Part shown: positions 32,836-44,100 of the stretch, piece after piece
Layout: every line of letters starts with the position of its first letter
Position numbering within the stretch: position 1 is the first letter of the stretch
Source: Trypanosoma brucei
Lineage: Eukaryota
DNA length: 64,000 nt
Assembly (NCBI GenBank): GCA_000002445.1
Contig: CH464491.1
Span: 2,272,001-2,336,000, forward strand
Direction of reading: 5' to 3'
Translations under genes and position numbers: made by a program
Notes under the pieces: generated by a model
The model's input: only the letters and a program-made list of their open reading frames with translations
Database searches by the model: none
What the model was told of the DNA's origin: nothing

Positions 32836-33699
32836 ATGAGTTTAGTAAGCGTCACAAATCGAATGACCTACCGTGCAGCTGTTGTTGATCTGGATGGCAC
32901 CCTGTTAAATGAGAATCACCGTATCAGTGCTTACACTCTCGATACCATCCAAAAGTTATTAAAGCGCAATATTCCTGTTGTTATTGCTACGGGCCGCCCA
33001 CATCCCGATGTCTTTCACACAATAAAAAGCTGTGGCCTACAGGGAACCTATGTGATTACTTCCAATGGTGCACGTGTTAGTGACCCGCAGCTTAATGTCA
33101 TTGCCTCTTTTAACCTTAGCGAAGATGTGGTGTCGGAGCTAATTGGGCTCGGATCATCTGGGGAGGACATTCAGGACCCAAAAGAGGTACCGTACACAGT
33201 TAATTTGTTTCAACACGATGAGTGGGTAACAGATGCTGCAAGGGATGAGTTGCTTCTAATGTTTGCTTCTTCCGGTTTCCATTACAGAGTAGTGGATGAC
33301 TTGCAGGCCCACCAAAAGGATGGTGTGCATGAGCTTGTCTTCTTGGCACAACCAAATACTTTGCATTTGCTGGAGGGAGTTGTGAAGAAGCGCTTCGAGG
33401 GCAGGATCTCCGTCATGCGCTCCACATCAATTACACTCGATGTTGTCCACCACAATGCAAATAAAGCTACTGCTATGGCGAAGGTGGCTGAACTTCTGGG
33501 TTTGGAACTGAAGGACATTGTTTCCTTTGGGGACGGCATGAATGATGTCCAAATGCTTGCTGCCGCTGGAAAGGGTTATATCATGGGAAATGCACAACAA
33601 CGTTTAAAAGATGCCCTTCCACATCTGGAGGTTATTGGCACCAATGCGGAAGACAGCGTGGCGAAGAAACTTCGCGAACTGTTCAATATTGAAGACTAG
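32836..33699 (+). CDS. HAD-superfamily hydrolase, Cof-type (HAD-IIB) sugar-phosphate phosphatase-like
   Basis: Motif I VVDLDGTLL, motif II VVIATGRP, and motif III/IV region ...K..A...FGDGMNDVQMLAAAGKGYIMGNA. The cap region and length (287 aa) are typical of Cof/YbiV-like phosphatases. Confidence 0.85.
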   Translation: MSLVSVTNRMTYRAAVVDLDGTLLNENHRISAYTLDTIQKLLKRNIPVVIATGRPHPDVFHTIKSCGLQGTYVITSNGARVSDPQLNVIASFNLSEDVVSELIGLGSSGEDIQDPKEVPYTVNLFQHDEWVTDAARDELLLMFASSGFHYRVVDDLQAHQKDGVHELVFLAQPNTLHLLEGVVKKRFEGRISVMRSTSITLDVVHHNANKATAMAKVAELLGLELKDIVSFGDGMNDVQMLAAAGKGYIMGNAQQRLKDALPHLEVIGTNAEDSVAKKLRELFNIED

Positions 33700-34413
33700 G
33701 GGATGAGAACACATCCGCAAGCGATTATACATGTGAACAAATACACACATGAACACATAAAAAGAAAAAGAAAAATAGACACGCACGCGGACACGTGTGT
33801 GAATGTAAATTACATGTGAGTGAAGCTGTAAAGGGGTAAACCGAGCCGTGAATTTTACACCATTTCCGTGTGCCGTTTAGGAAGAAAAAATAAATTCTTT
33901 TCCTTGTGCGTGTTCCTTACACGACAAAATACGTGAAGCAAAAGAAAAAAAAGAAACAATGACCAGACCGAGGAGAGAAGAGAAGAGAAGAGAAGGAAGA
34001 AAGAGGTTGATGCGCTGGAGTTGTTCTCTTTTACTCGGCGTCGCATGTTATGCATCGGTGGCGCGTCTGCTGTTGCTGTTGCCTCATGGTATGAATATAT
34101 ACACAAATATGCCTCAACATCTGTTGTTCCTCGCTCACACACATACGCATTTCCTTTCCGTCCACGTATTGCCATACCATCCTTTATTGATAAACTATAT
34201 TAAAAGAAAAAAAAACATTTTCGTTTTTTTCTCTTGCTGCTACTCTCAGATGCATGAGAACTTATGAGGGGCACCTCCTCTCTTCCATGTGCACTCTGCC
34301 AAACTTCTGTTTCGTTTTGTTTTGCTTTACCGATGCTGATGCTGATACTGCTTCCCTTACGTTTCTGCATACTTGTATCATCCCGTCAGCTTGACACCAT
34401 ATTAATACGTAAA

Positions 34414-34426
<13 letters not shown>

Positions 34427-34452
<26 letters not shown>
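34427..34452. repeat. (AT)n microsatellite
   Basis: A ~26-nt AT dinucleotide run in the intergenic region. Confidence 0.9.
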
Positions 34453-34456
<4 letters not shown>

Positions 34457-35663
34457 ATGTAAGAAAACCTATACATATGCACGCTAATCTCTTTGTGCAC
34501 GTGTTTTGTTTTGTTTTCCTTTGTGCATTCTCCTTTTCTCTGTATTTTATCTGCCTGCCTCATCCCTTCGCCTCCCCTTCTACTCATGCGCATACCTGTA
34601 TATGTTTATTTACTCATATGTTTTCATTTATTTATTTCCTCCTGTCGTGTCCATACCATCATCTCGCTCCCTCTTTTTCATTCAGTCCCCCACCCGCATT
34701 TTTTTCTTTGTAAATTCATGCGGGATGAAGGAAATATGGGTGAGCTGATGGTGAGGATGGAAATGGAAGATGAACAAGAGAACAGGAGGGTTTATATAAA
34801 TGTAAGTGAATACAAATGTGTAAAATAATAAAAGAAAAACAAAAAAAAAATCCTTTTTTTAAAAAAAGAGAAGGGGCTGGTGTGGGAGTCTGACGGCGGC
34901 AAAGTTGGAGCAAAGGGAAGTGTATGTGTATGTATGTGTGTGTGTGTGTGTGTCTTGGGATGTTGATGATGTGGCGTGACGAAAAGGTGGAGGTAGCCGA
35001 GAAAAACACTGAGAAAGGGAAAATGAAGTGAAATGAAACAAATTAATTAATTATTAATGAGTAAAGTTAATGGAGATAATATGGCAGAGCATTAAGGTCA
35101 GAGAGGGAGGTAGGTAAAATAAAGGGGAGCGTGTATGTATGAATATGTGTGAAGAAGAAGCATACATGTAGGGGGGAACTGTGCTCCATTTCTCTAACAA
35201 AAAGAACTTCGTCTTATACAGGATTTGTTCCAACCTACCGCTGAAGGAATAGTAGTTCATTCCCTCTCCCGGACTGGTGATTTAGCTTTACTGATTTTTG
35301 ACCCAATAAACGACTTGTTTCAGGTGTATGTACGTACATCTTTCTCCACGGGAATATTTGTAAGGGTTACCTTCCCAATGTTAAGTTACTTCTTGTAAAA
35401 CCCTATGCAATTTAAGGCAAAGAAAGTTTATTACGCATGTTTCCCCCTCTTTTGTATGATACTACCATGCCATATGTTGTTTGTAACACTTCCGTTAGCG
35501 ACAAAAGACCCGCTCTTTACTACCAAAATAACAAAATATCGCGGGATTTTAGCGAGCTTTGGGAAGAAAAGGCACTCGTGTATAAACTTTAGCCACTGGG
35601 TAGTGGGCATACTAAATATAGATTCAGTTTCATTACACACACGAAAGAAACGAAAAAGAAAAA

Positions 35664-36563
35664 ATGCATGGTGGCGCAAACTCTGCAGTGGCCTCTGTGC
35701 ATGTAGATCCGACTGCCCAGCTGCAATACAACAGGCAGCGGGGGACCGAAGCTTACGCGGAATGCGAATATTCTGACGGTTCTGCGGATGAGAACAATCG
35801 TTACCCCCAACGGGGGCAGCCGCCACAAACGCATGAAACAGCGGCCGTCTCCATAACGGACAACAGGCAGCAGAGCAACATGACACCACGTGCGCACGCA
35901 GGCGGGACCGGGGGCGGTGGCGGTGGCTCAACCATGCGACGCAATGTTATTAATAGGTTTGATTATGGAATCATATCACCTAGTGATGCACGCAGTCTGT
36001 TTCTAGGTGCATCCCTGCTCAACATCTTTTTCGCTATTCTTGGTACTTCTCTATCGCAACTCGACGAAGTTGGTGGTGCGTGTTTTACTTTTTGGGGTTA
36101 CAAAACGGATTGTGACTCGGTAAGTTACACTATCCGCACTCAACTTCTGCCGTGTGCACCCATTCGCGGGAGACTTCAGACTGGAGCCGCATTTTCTATC
36201 ATATCTATTTGCCTCTTGGCATCAATTATTTATCTTTATATCAGGTCTGCGTTGGCAAAGTACATGTCACAATATAATGCAGAGGGGCAAACTCCGGCAC
36301 GCAGGATGGAATCGCGTAGCGGCATCTTGCCAGCGGAAGACTCGATTGTGGCGAGTAATAAGTGGACTATTGTAGCGGTGGGTGGTGTTGTGGTATTGTG
36401 TGAGGTCATTAGTTGGGCAATGACTATAAGTGTGTACGTATCCCGTTTCTGTGAGGATGCCAGTTTGGATCGTAACAAAGTTTATGGACCTGGTTTCGCC
36501 CTTTTAATAGTGGGGACGCTGTTGTTTCTAATGGCGCTTGTAGTTTTCGCACTTAGGGCATAG
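35664..36563 (+). CDS. Amastin-like surface protein (299 aa) with a ~100-aa N-terminal extension
   Basis: Contains the amastin signature C-[ILVF]-T-F-W-G-x-K-x-D-C within DEVGGACFTFWGYKTDCDS. The signature is preceded by a hydrophobic TM segment (LFLGASLLNIFFAILG) and followed by three more predicted TM helices (AAFSIISICLLASIIYLYI; WTIVAVGGVVVLCEVISWAMTI; FALLIVGTLLFLMALVVFAL). This is the four-TM amastin topology. Confidence 0.65.
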   Translation: MHGGANSAVASVHVDPTAQLQYNRQRGTEAYAECEYSDGSADENNRYPQRGQPPQTHETAAVSITDNRQQSNMTPRAHAGGTGGGGGGSTMRRNVINRFDYGIISPSDARSLFLGASLLNIFFAILGTSLSQLDEVGGACFTFWGYKTDCDSVSYTIRTQLLPCAPIRGRLQTGAAFSIISICLLASIIYLYIRSALAKYMSQYNAEGQTPARRMESRSGILPAEDSIVASNKWTIVAVGGVVVLCEVISWAMTISVYVSRFCEDASLDRNKVYGPGFALLIVGTLLFLMALVVFALRA

Positions 36564-37566
36564 AATCTCTCCTTGTGTGCCATTTAGGAGGTATTACGGT
36601 GAAAATTCTGTAGGAAGGTGGAAGGGAGGTGCATGTGTGTGTGTGTATGTGTGTGTATGTGGAGGGGAGAAGATTCGGTCCCACCCACGTTTGCGTATGG
36701 AGCAAGCTGCCAGGTAAACGAGAAAACTAAATAAATGAATTGTACCACCAAAGGGCAAGAAAAGGGGGGGAGGCATGCGGAAGTGGGGAGAAACGAGGTG
36801 GGATAAATAAAACAACAAAGAAAAACTGTACAACGGTGTCTACACTGGTGCCGAGCACTTCCCGAAGGGAAGAAATGGGAGGTTTGTTGTATGCTGGAGG
36901 GGAAGTGGAAGTGATCTCACTTTGATTTTGCAATTATTATACAATTTTACAAGAAAAAATGTTTTTGTTTTTCACCTCTCGGGTGTAGAGAAGTGTTTAA
37001 GAAAGGGAAGCCTCTCAACTGCGCACGCATATATGTTTGCATATAGACGGTATAAATTCATGCATACGACGAGCTCGTTTTATTTTAAATTTTAGTTTTC
37101 TCTCTTCCCTCTTCGGTTTGTTCCACCTTGTATTTTCATCCACATAACCCGCTTTCTGACATTTTTTTTCTCCTCCTTATGTTCTTTTGTATATCGTTTT
37201 GTAGTTTCCAGACTTCAGTGTTACTTTTTCCATTTTATTCCTTCCACCGCCCCCTCCCACAATTTTTTATGCCATTGGGCGTCTCACCCCGCCACCACGT
37301 GTTTTATCGCAATTGTAAATGAGAAGGTAATGCATGGAAGGAGGAAAGAGGGGGGTTATATTTAATATCAGCGTTTGTGTTTGTGCTTACCGCATTTCTT
37401 ATCTTTTAACGTATCTTTACTCTTTTTCTCTGATTATTTTCCATTCCCTTATTATTGCCTTGGATGTTTGGGAGAGGGAATAGGGGGTATATTTCTGCCA
37501 ATGGGGGGAGGGGGTCCTGTCGGGAGGCGGTACCAAACAAACGCCTCTGACGGGCTTTTTTATTTT

Positions 37567-37577
37567 GTGTGTGTGTG

Positions 37578-37609
<32 letters not shown>

Positions 37610-37629
37610 CGTGTGTGTGCGTGTGTGTG
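37567..37629. repeat. (GT)n microsatellite with GC interruptions, ~63 bp
   Basis: The sequence reads gtgtgtgtgtgtgtgcgtgtgtgtgtgtgtgtgtgtgtgtgcgtgtgtgtgcgtgtgtgtg. Confidence 0.95.
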
Positions 37630-37792
37630 GAGACCGTTTCTGTATGACAATAGCCGTTAAGTTCCCCCAACTCACTTTGCTTACCGTTTGTTGTTACCGT
37701 TGTAGTAGTGGCATCTACTTTTCAGATTAAGATTTTGATTCTCTACCTCCTAGTGAGCTTCATCTCGCACACGCGTATAAAATATATTTATA

Positions 37793-37795
<3 letters not shown>

Positions 37796-37824
<29 letters not shown>
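37796..37824. repeat. (TA)n microsatellite
   Basis: A TA dinucleotide run, tatatatatatatatatatatatatatatag. Confidence 0.9.
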
Positions 37825-37827
<3 letters not shown>

Positions 37828-38206
37828 TTGCTATATTATTCTTTTTTTTGGTGAGCTCGGCAACCCTCAGGTGTGGCAAAATTATCCAATCTTGCCCTTT
37901 GTGGTGTGTTCTTACAAACTCAAGTACACAAGGTAGTAGTGGCACTAGGGTGCGGATGGGTTGGTTTGGCTGCGATTAGGGGGGAGGATAGCAACTGACG
38001 TTGGGCGCGACTTTTGAAACAACAACTGAGGTAATTTTCCTTTTACAAAACTAACGATAACAACAGTGACAATACGTAAACATACACTTTAGATTTCTGT
38101 TTATTAATAACTAAACATATATCACTCCACGGCGCAAGGTGAGAGTGTATAGCGAACGGGGGAAAGGGTGAAGATAAGGCACGACCCCAATCTTGGGAGA
38201 GTGCTC

Positions 38207-39577
38207 ATGGAATCAAAACACCCCGAAGTGAGGGGGAAAACTCGCGCGGAAGCAGTGTTTGAGGAAACTGTGTTGGATGAAAGGGAGGAAAAAGAACATC
38301 CACATCCAAGGGACGAAAACAGCGCAAATGTTGTGGGGGGGCAAACCTATAAGTCGACTAATTTGAGTGATGTTTCCTTAACGTTGGATGTAACGGCACT
38401 CGGAGCGGGGCCGTCAGCGCGAGATGAGGCAACGCCCCCCGAGCCCCACTCGGAGGGTTCAGAGGCGCACTCCTCGGCGGCTGCTCCCGCATCAGAACCT
38501 TATGTGCACTCTATCAGTGAGCAGAAACCGGTGAAAGAGAAGGTATATCTGAATGGCAATGATTCCCTCCTCTCTGTTGATGTTGGGCGAAACAGCATTC
38601 CCCGTTCTTCCTCGCAGCATTCGGAATGCGTCTCCGCAGAAAAGGAAAAAGTTAATGTGGCAGAGGAAACGGAACAGCACGAGCCAGTTAATGGCAGCAG
38701 AGATAATTGTGCGGAGGAGAGGCGAGAGGAAGTAAGGGCGATATATGCCAAACTCCCCCTGTATCGATTTCCATGTGATTCAAACCAGTCACAGGAGTTG
38801 TCCCAAACGTTTGTACCATCACCAGCGGAAGCAACTACCTCCGCAGGATGTTGGGAAATGGGAGCATGTGCTACAACTGCGAGGCCCGCAGTAGCGGCGG
38901 GCAAACAACAGTGTGCGTATGTGAAGGGGCAACAGCTTCGAGCCACCAGTGATAGCGGACTTCCTCACTCTCAAAGCTCGGATGGAACCACCAGTGTCTG
39001 TACTCGCGCCCCTTCCGACCGTGCTACACTTCCTCAATGTCTTCACAATGCCTTAGTAATTTGTTGGAATACGGAGAGCCGTTGGCTTGTTGTAACATTC
39101 TGCACGTTCTTGGCTTTTCTGTTGACTCTTGTCGCTCACCCACTTTCGTTAATGGATGTTGTAGGTGGCGGCTGCTACACTTTTTGGGGCTACAAAAATG
39201 ACTGTGATAAGAGTACATACACTTACCGCACAGGTCTTCTTAAGTGTGTTGGCTTAAGGCGGGTGCTCAGTGCTGGGGTTGTATTCAACATATTAGCTAT
39301 AATTTTGCTCGCGGCGGCGTTGGGGTGCTGCATTTTGTTCTTGAAGAGAGATGTGTTCCACAAGTGGAATCTCGTGGTGTTTGTTTTGTTATGCTTAACG
39401 GCTTTAGTGCAATTAGTTTCATGGATGTTGGTTGTTACCATGTTTTTACTTCGCTTCTGCGAGGACACAAAACAACCAAGAAGAACAGCTTATGGTGTTG
39501 CGTTTGGTATGAACGTCACCTCCTGGATACTCGTCTTCGTTAGTTTAGTTGTCATGAAGGTATTTCCAAAGGGTTGA
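38207..39577 (+). CDS. Amastin-like protein (456 aa from first ATG) with a ~300-aa S/E/A-rich N-terminal extension
   Basis: Amastin signature DVVGGGCYTFWGYKNDCDKS preceded by a TM segment (LVVTFCTFLAFLLTLVAHPL), then three further hydrophobic helices (VFNILAIILLAAALGCCILFL; LVVFVLLCLTALVQLVSWMLVV; WILVFVSLVVMKVF). The ORF-track start 38168 is a GTG and the first ATG is at 38207. Whether the long low-complexity N-terminal region is translated is uncertain. Confidence 0.6.
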   Translation: MESKHPEVRGKTRAEAVFEETVLDEREEKEHPHPRDENSANVVGGQTYKSTNLSDVSLTLDVTALGAGPSARDEATPPEPHSEGSEAHSSAAAPASEPYVHSISEQKPVKEKVYLNGNDSLLSVDVGRNSIPRSSSQHSECVSAEKEKVNVAEETEQHEPVNGSRDNCAEERREEVRAIYAKLPLYRFPCDSNQSQELSQTFVPSPAEATTSAGCWEMGACATTARPAVAAGKQQCAYVKGQQLRATSDSGLPHSQSSDGTTSVCTRAPSDRATLPQCLHNALVICWNTESRWLVVTFCTFLAFLLTLVAHPLSLMDVVGGGCYTFWGYKNDCDKSTYTYRTGLLKCVGLRRVLSAGVVFNILAIILLAAALGCCILFLKRDVFHKWNLVVFVLLCLTALVQLVSWMLVVTMFLLRFCEDTKQPRRTAYGVAFGMNVTSWILVFVSLVVMKVFPKG

Positions 39578-40572
39578 AAGGGAGAAGGGTACTCTGAAGC
39601 ATTTTGTTTTTTTTCCCCCCTCATCCTTCACACTCTCAGCCCCTCTACCATCAATATTTGCTTTAATTTGTTTTGCTTTGTTCTCAGTTTGTCTGCTTGT
39701 CATAGCCTCCCATACATAAGCGGATGGAAAGAAGAAGGAATATGATTGATGTGTTTCTAAATTTCATTTCTGCCCGAAGCCGGATTCTACTTTTTTGTAT
39801 TCCCCTTTTGAGGCATATATGTAATATTCACGAAGGCAACGATCGGTGTCTGCTTATGTGCTATTGTTTATTGCGCTTCGTTGGTTGTTTGGCAATTTTT
39901 TTTCTGTTACTTCTATACACTTTCTTTTCTCTTCTTCTGCCATTTACCATACACAAACAATAAACATGTAAGGACTCGAAGAGTTTAAGGCATCCAGCTG
40001 ACAAAATTAAATATCATCAACTGATTTTACGGTGGTGTGACTATTTCGAAGTAAAAAATAAGAAAATAAAAGGAAGGAAAACAAGTGAGCACATACCTAT
40101 CCATAAATTACTTTTTATCGACTGTGTGAAGTATCACGCATTTGATTCCACCAGTCAGAGTAAGGAAGGAAGTGCGAGCGTGTAACAGAAGCGGAAGGTT
40201 TCATTCTTTTGTTGTGTCTGTGTAAAGCCTGAACTTCACCAAGGGGGAATAAAGAAGGGAAAAGAAAAAAGTTTCTTTCCTTTCTTTTTTTTTTTCGTCC
40301 TGCTACGACTGGGCGGCCGATATCCCCTCCAATTCAGGATTACTCCCACGAGGAGCAAATATATTGCGGAGGTGGAAGCTCAACAGTTACTACCGTTGTG
40401 AGAAAAGCAAGTGGGAAGAGAGATTGTTATCATTATTATTATTTATTTTCATCATTATTATTTTTCGACTGAAGGAGTCAGAGAGGAGCGGAAAGAAACA
40501 AACCAATAAGTCAACAAGCGGAGGAAAGGGAAAGAGAGAAGAAAGAAGGGGGTAAAGGCAGAACCAAGAATT

Positions 40573-41196
40573 ATGAGCGTGGGCAAACCTATCACACGTG
40601 ACTCTTCCAAACAACTCTGGCGGCACATCAAATCAAGTGGGGAAGAGGAGTTGACTTACACGCATAATCCATATGATGACTCCCCAAATCGCCGTAAGGA
40701 ACGGGAAAAATCTCTAAATGTCTGCCGTCACTACGCGGAGGGTCGTTGCAATCGCGGTAGCACTTGCCGTTTCCACCACGAGACGCGGCACAACATCATC
40801 GTAACGCCACACGTCACTCCCAAATTCTCAAGCATTGCCCCCCTCAAGGGATTACCAACATCACCGCTTGGAGCATATTTGAGTTCACCTCCCAACAGAT
40901 CGTGTAATGGTTGCTTGCTTTCGCCTACGCATCACAACAACAGTATGAGTTACAACAGCAGCACGAACAGTTCCATGAAAATATTGAGTGAATCCTCCAG
41001 CACTATTCCTCACCTTCAGCTTCCTGAGAGCTTATCAACTCACTGCCGCTCTTCCACTTATGTTGCGTCAGGTATGAATGGGGAGCAACCGCCCCATGAC
41101 GTTTTGATATTGAGTTCGTCGCTTGGTTCTTTGAATGTTGGCGATCATGTTTCCAGAAATAACGGCGGCTTTTTGCTTACTGCGCAGCAAAGGTAA
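40573..41196 (+). CDS. CCCH (C3H1) zinc-finger protein, 207 aa
   Basis: A single C-x7-C-x5-C-x3-H motif (CRHYAEGRCNRGSTCRFHH) with the aromatic/Gly spacing typical of trypanosomatid ZC3H RNA-binding proteins. The remainder is an S/N/P-rich low-complexity tail. Confidence 0.75.
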   Translation: MSVGKPITRDSSKQLWRHIKSSGEEELTYTHNPYDDSPNRRKEREKSLNVCRHYAEGRCNRGSTCRFHHETRHNIIVTPHVTPKFSSIAPLKGLPTSPLGAYLSSPPNRSCNGCLLSPTHHNNSMSYNSSTNSSMKILSESSSTIPHLQLPESLSTHCRSSTYVASGMNGEQPPHDVLILSSSLGSLNVGDHVSRNNGGFLLTAQQR

Positions 41197-41199
41197 GAG

Positions 41200-44100
41200 C
41201 AAAGAAAAAAGAAAGAGAGAGAGACACCTCATTTCTGCTTGCCTTTACCTTGCCCGTCCTCTGGCTCTTCTTTTCTACTTTTTATTTCCTCTCACTAATT
41301 CATACTGTTCTTTCTTTTGGTAACTTCTTTTGTTTGTTTTTCTCGTGCCTTTCTTTTTTACTTTTTTTTTTGTGCTTCATCCTACTAAGATTCTTTATAT
41401 ATATATAATTTGGCTCTCCAGCTGGTATGGTAACAACACTTTATGATGGGCCCTCCAAAGGGCAATAAGTTGTTTGTCCACAACGAACGAGTATCTTTCG
41501 CTTGTGTTTGTTTTTTTTTAAATTAAAAAAAAAAATTTCCCGTTTTGTTTTGAGCGAAACGTTTTCGGTTGCTTTGTTGGTTTCCACGTTCCTTCGTTCC
41601 AATACATCTATATATATACTTGTATATATTTGTATATATGATTTTTTTTTTGCGTGCGTTTGAAGAATAACAATAGCGGTACCAGCATTGATATTACTAT
41701 TGTTATTTCGCTTACAAGCATCTTCTCGTAACTGGCGCCGTAGCAAAAAAAAATCTTAAAAAAAAAGAGAGAAAGGAAGGAAGGAAAATAAAACGAAGGG
41801 AAAGGGAAAGGAAACGGTAGATTATATTTCAATATGTTTGCATTTCAAAAATGACAACATGTTTCTGGTTCCCTTTTCACCTTTTACTTTTCGTCATTTA
41901 TAAACCCATCGGTTCGTTTGCTTGTTCGTTTTTTTTATTTTTTTCCTCCCTTGTTGATGCCGTGACAGGCTGCGACAGTAGATATATATAAATTACAAAA
42001 GTTGGCCCCTTTCCTTTTTTGTAAAAAAAATACCTTTCACGGTAAAAAAACAAAAAATAAATTTTATCTATATCTATCTATATCTATCTATATATACATA
42101 CATGTACATATATATTTTATATATTTTATATATTTATATATTTATATATGCTGATTTGTACCATAAAATACCAAAGTGAATTTACAAATGATAAACTGGC
42201 GTTTCTTCTCCCTTCTTATTTATTACTTTACTCTTTATTAAGAGGATATGCTCGTACGTGTCTGTCTCTGTGTGCTTGTGTGTGTTTATTTGTATGGCTG
42301 TGAGAAGTGAGGGGAAAAGGGAAGTTATGATTATGAAAATAATAATTATTATAATTGCAATTTTGGTGTGCATACAGTGAGTGGTTGGTTTATATTTGTT
42401 CATGTTTTTGATAACTTCTCTGGGTATCTCAATGTATTTTTATGTAGTTTGTTCGCCTCGGAAATACGAAAAGTGGAAGGGTTTGGTGAAAGTAAAGTAG
42501 AAAATAAAACTAAGAGGATATGTTTTAATTTTTGAAAAAAAAAAGCAACAGAAAGACAGAGAAATGGTAAATGAGGAAGTGAATCACTAGCGGAAATATA
42601 AAAGGCGAGTAAAAGAAAAACAACACCAACAACAACGACAAATAAGTCACTACAGCGGCGGGAAGCGCACGAGTCCACCCGCTAGACAACCGTTAGCCGG
42701 TTCACACGGCGTCATGTTGTAAAAAGAAGGTAAAAAAAAAACGGAAACGGTGGTAACGTTAAATATATTTAATAATTTTTTTATTTATTATGGTTGTACA
42801 GCTGAGTACGTCGGTTCACACTCGGATTGTTTTTTTTTCTTGTTTGATCTTTTCCACCGCTTGCGTTTATGATATGTTTATTCCTGTCGGATCGGACGGT
42901 ATTTTTAGATGTACTCTAAGATTATTTATGTGCCCTTTTACCCGTGTACTTCATGCCATCATGTCTTCTTTTTTTTTTTTTTTACTTCCCCTTTCAACTC
43001 GGTGTTATTTTTCCTGTTAGCCACACCGCTGGTGAATAAACCGGGACGAGGGGAGCAAGAGTGGTGTAACGGGGTAGTGAAATGAAAGGTTGTGGCAACT
43101 TCTCTTCTTCTTGTTGTTACTTTGTTTTGTTTTGTTTTGTTTTTTTTCCACCCCTCCTTCTTTACTTACGTTCGATGTCATTTTTGTTTGTTTGCCAACA
43201 CTTCACCCAGCTGCAGTGCCCATTTCCCCCCCTTTTTTTTTTGTCACCGTGTTTTGCATATTCTCTTCCTTATGTGGTTCCGCCTTTCATCCTCTTAATT
43301 TCAATAAATGAGAGGAAACAAAACGAATGACCCCTTGATAAACGAGGCATGTAAGGCCGCTGCTCCACGATTTCATGTTCCATTTCTCGCTTTTTGTTGC
43401 TACCAAAAAAATAAAATAAAATAAAAATTAAAATGTATTCAATTCGGATCACATATTTGCGTGTGTATTTATACTTATTTATATTTATTTATATGTATTT
43501 ATATGTATTTAAACATCTGGGGAGCGGAAGGAACGGGATTTTCTCTCTTTCTTTTCTTTTTCCCCCCCCCCCCCCACTCCCTCCGCTTTCCTTTTGTTAT
43601 GTGGAGATTGAGAAGAAAGGAGGCGTTGTGTTGCGCTCGCCTGTTCGCATGTGGAGAATTTCTTTCGGGACATGTATAAAAAACGAGTTACGGAAATATA
43701 ACAACTTCAGCACGTTACCACAAGTGAGGAAATGCGAGAATAAGAGAGAAGGAGAAGGAGGAGGAGAAGGAAGGATATTAATTATTGGAAAGGGGGGAAA
43801 ACATATATTGCTTGAAACACCCCATAAACTGGACAGAATCTGAAGGCACAACACGGCTTTTTTAAAAGTTTAGTTCTAGTTTTAGTTTTAGTTTTTTTGT
43901 GTGTGCTTTGTTCGTTATGTTTCGTGTTTGTGTTATATTTGAAGGGTGTGCCCCATTTCCATCGTGTTACCTTTTTCTTTTTTGGCTTATTTCTCGGCCA
44001 CAACACATCACATGAGATCGCTTCACCTCACTTTCCTCTTCTTCTCATTTCTCTCACTTTTTTTTAAAAAAAAGAAATCTGCGAAGTCTTTCATTACTTT

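Noticed and set aside
35431-35931. 166-aa minus-strand ORF overlapping the start of the first amastin-like gene
   Set aside because: It is antisense and partly overlaps a + strand gene that carries a diagnostic signature. Its composition is Arg/Cys/Ala-rich low-complexity.
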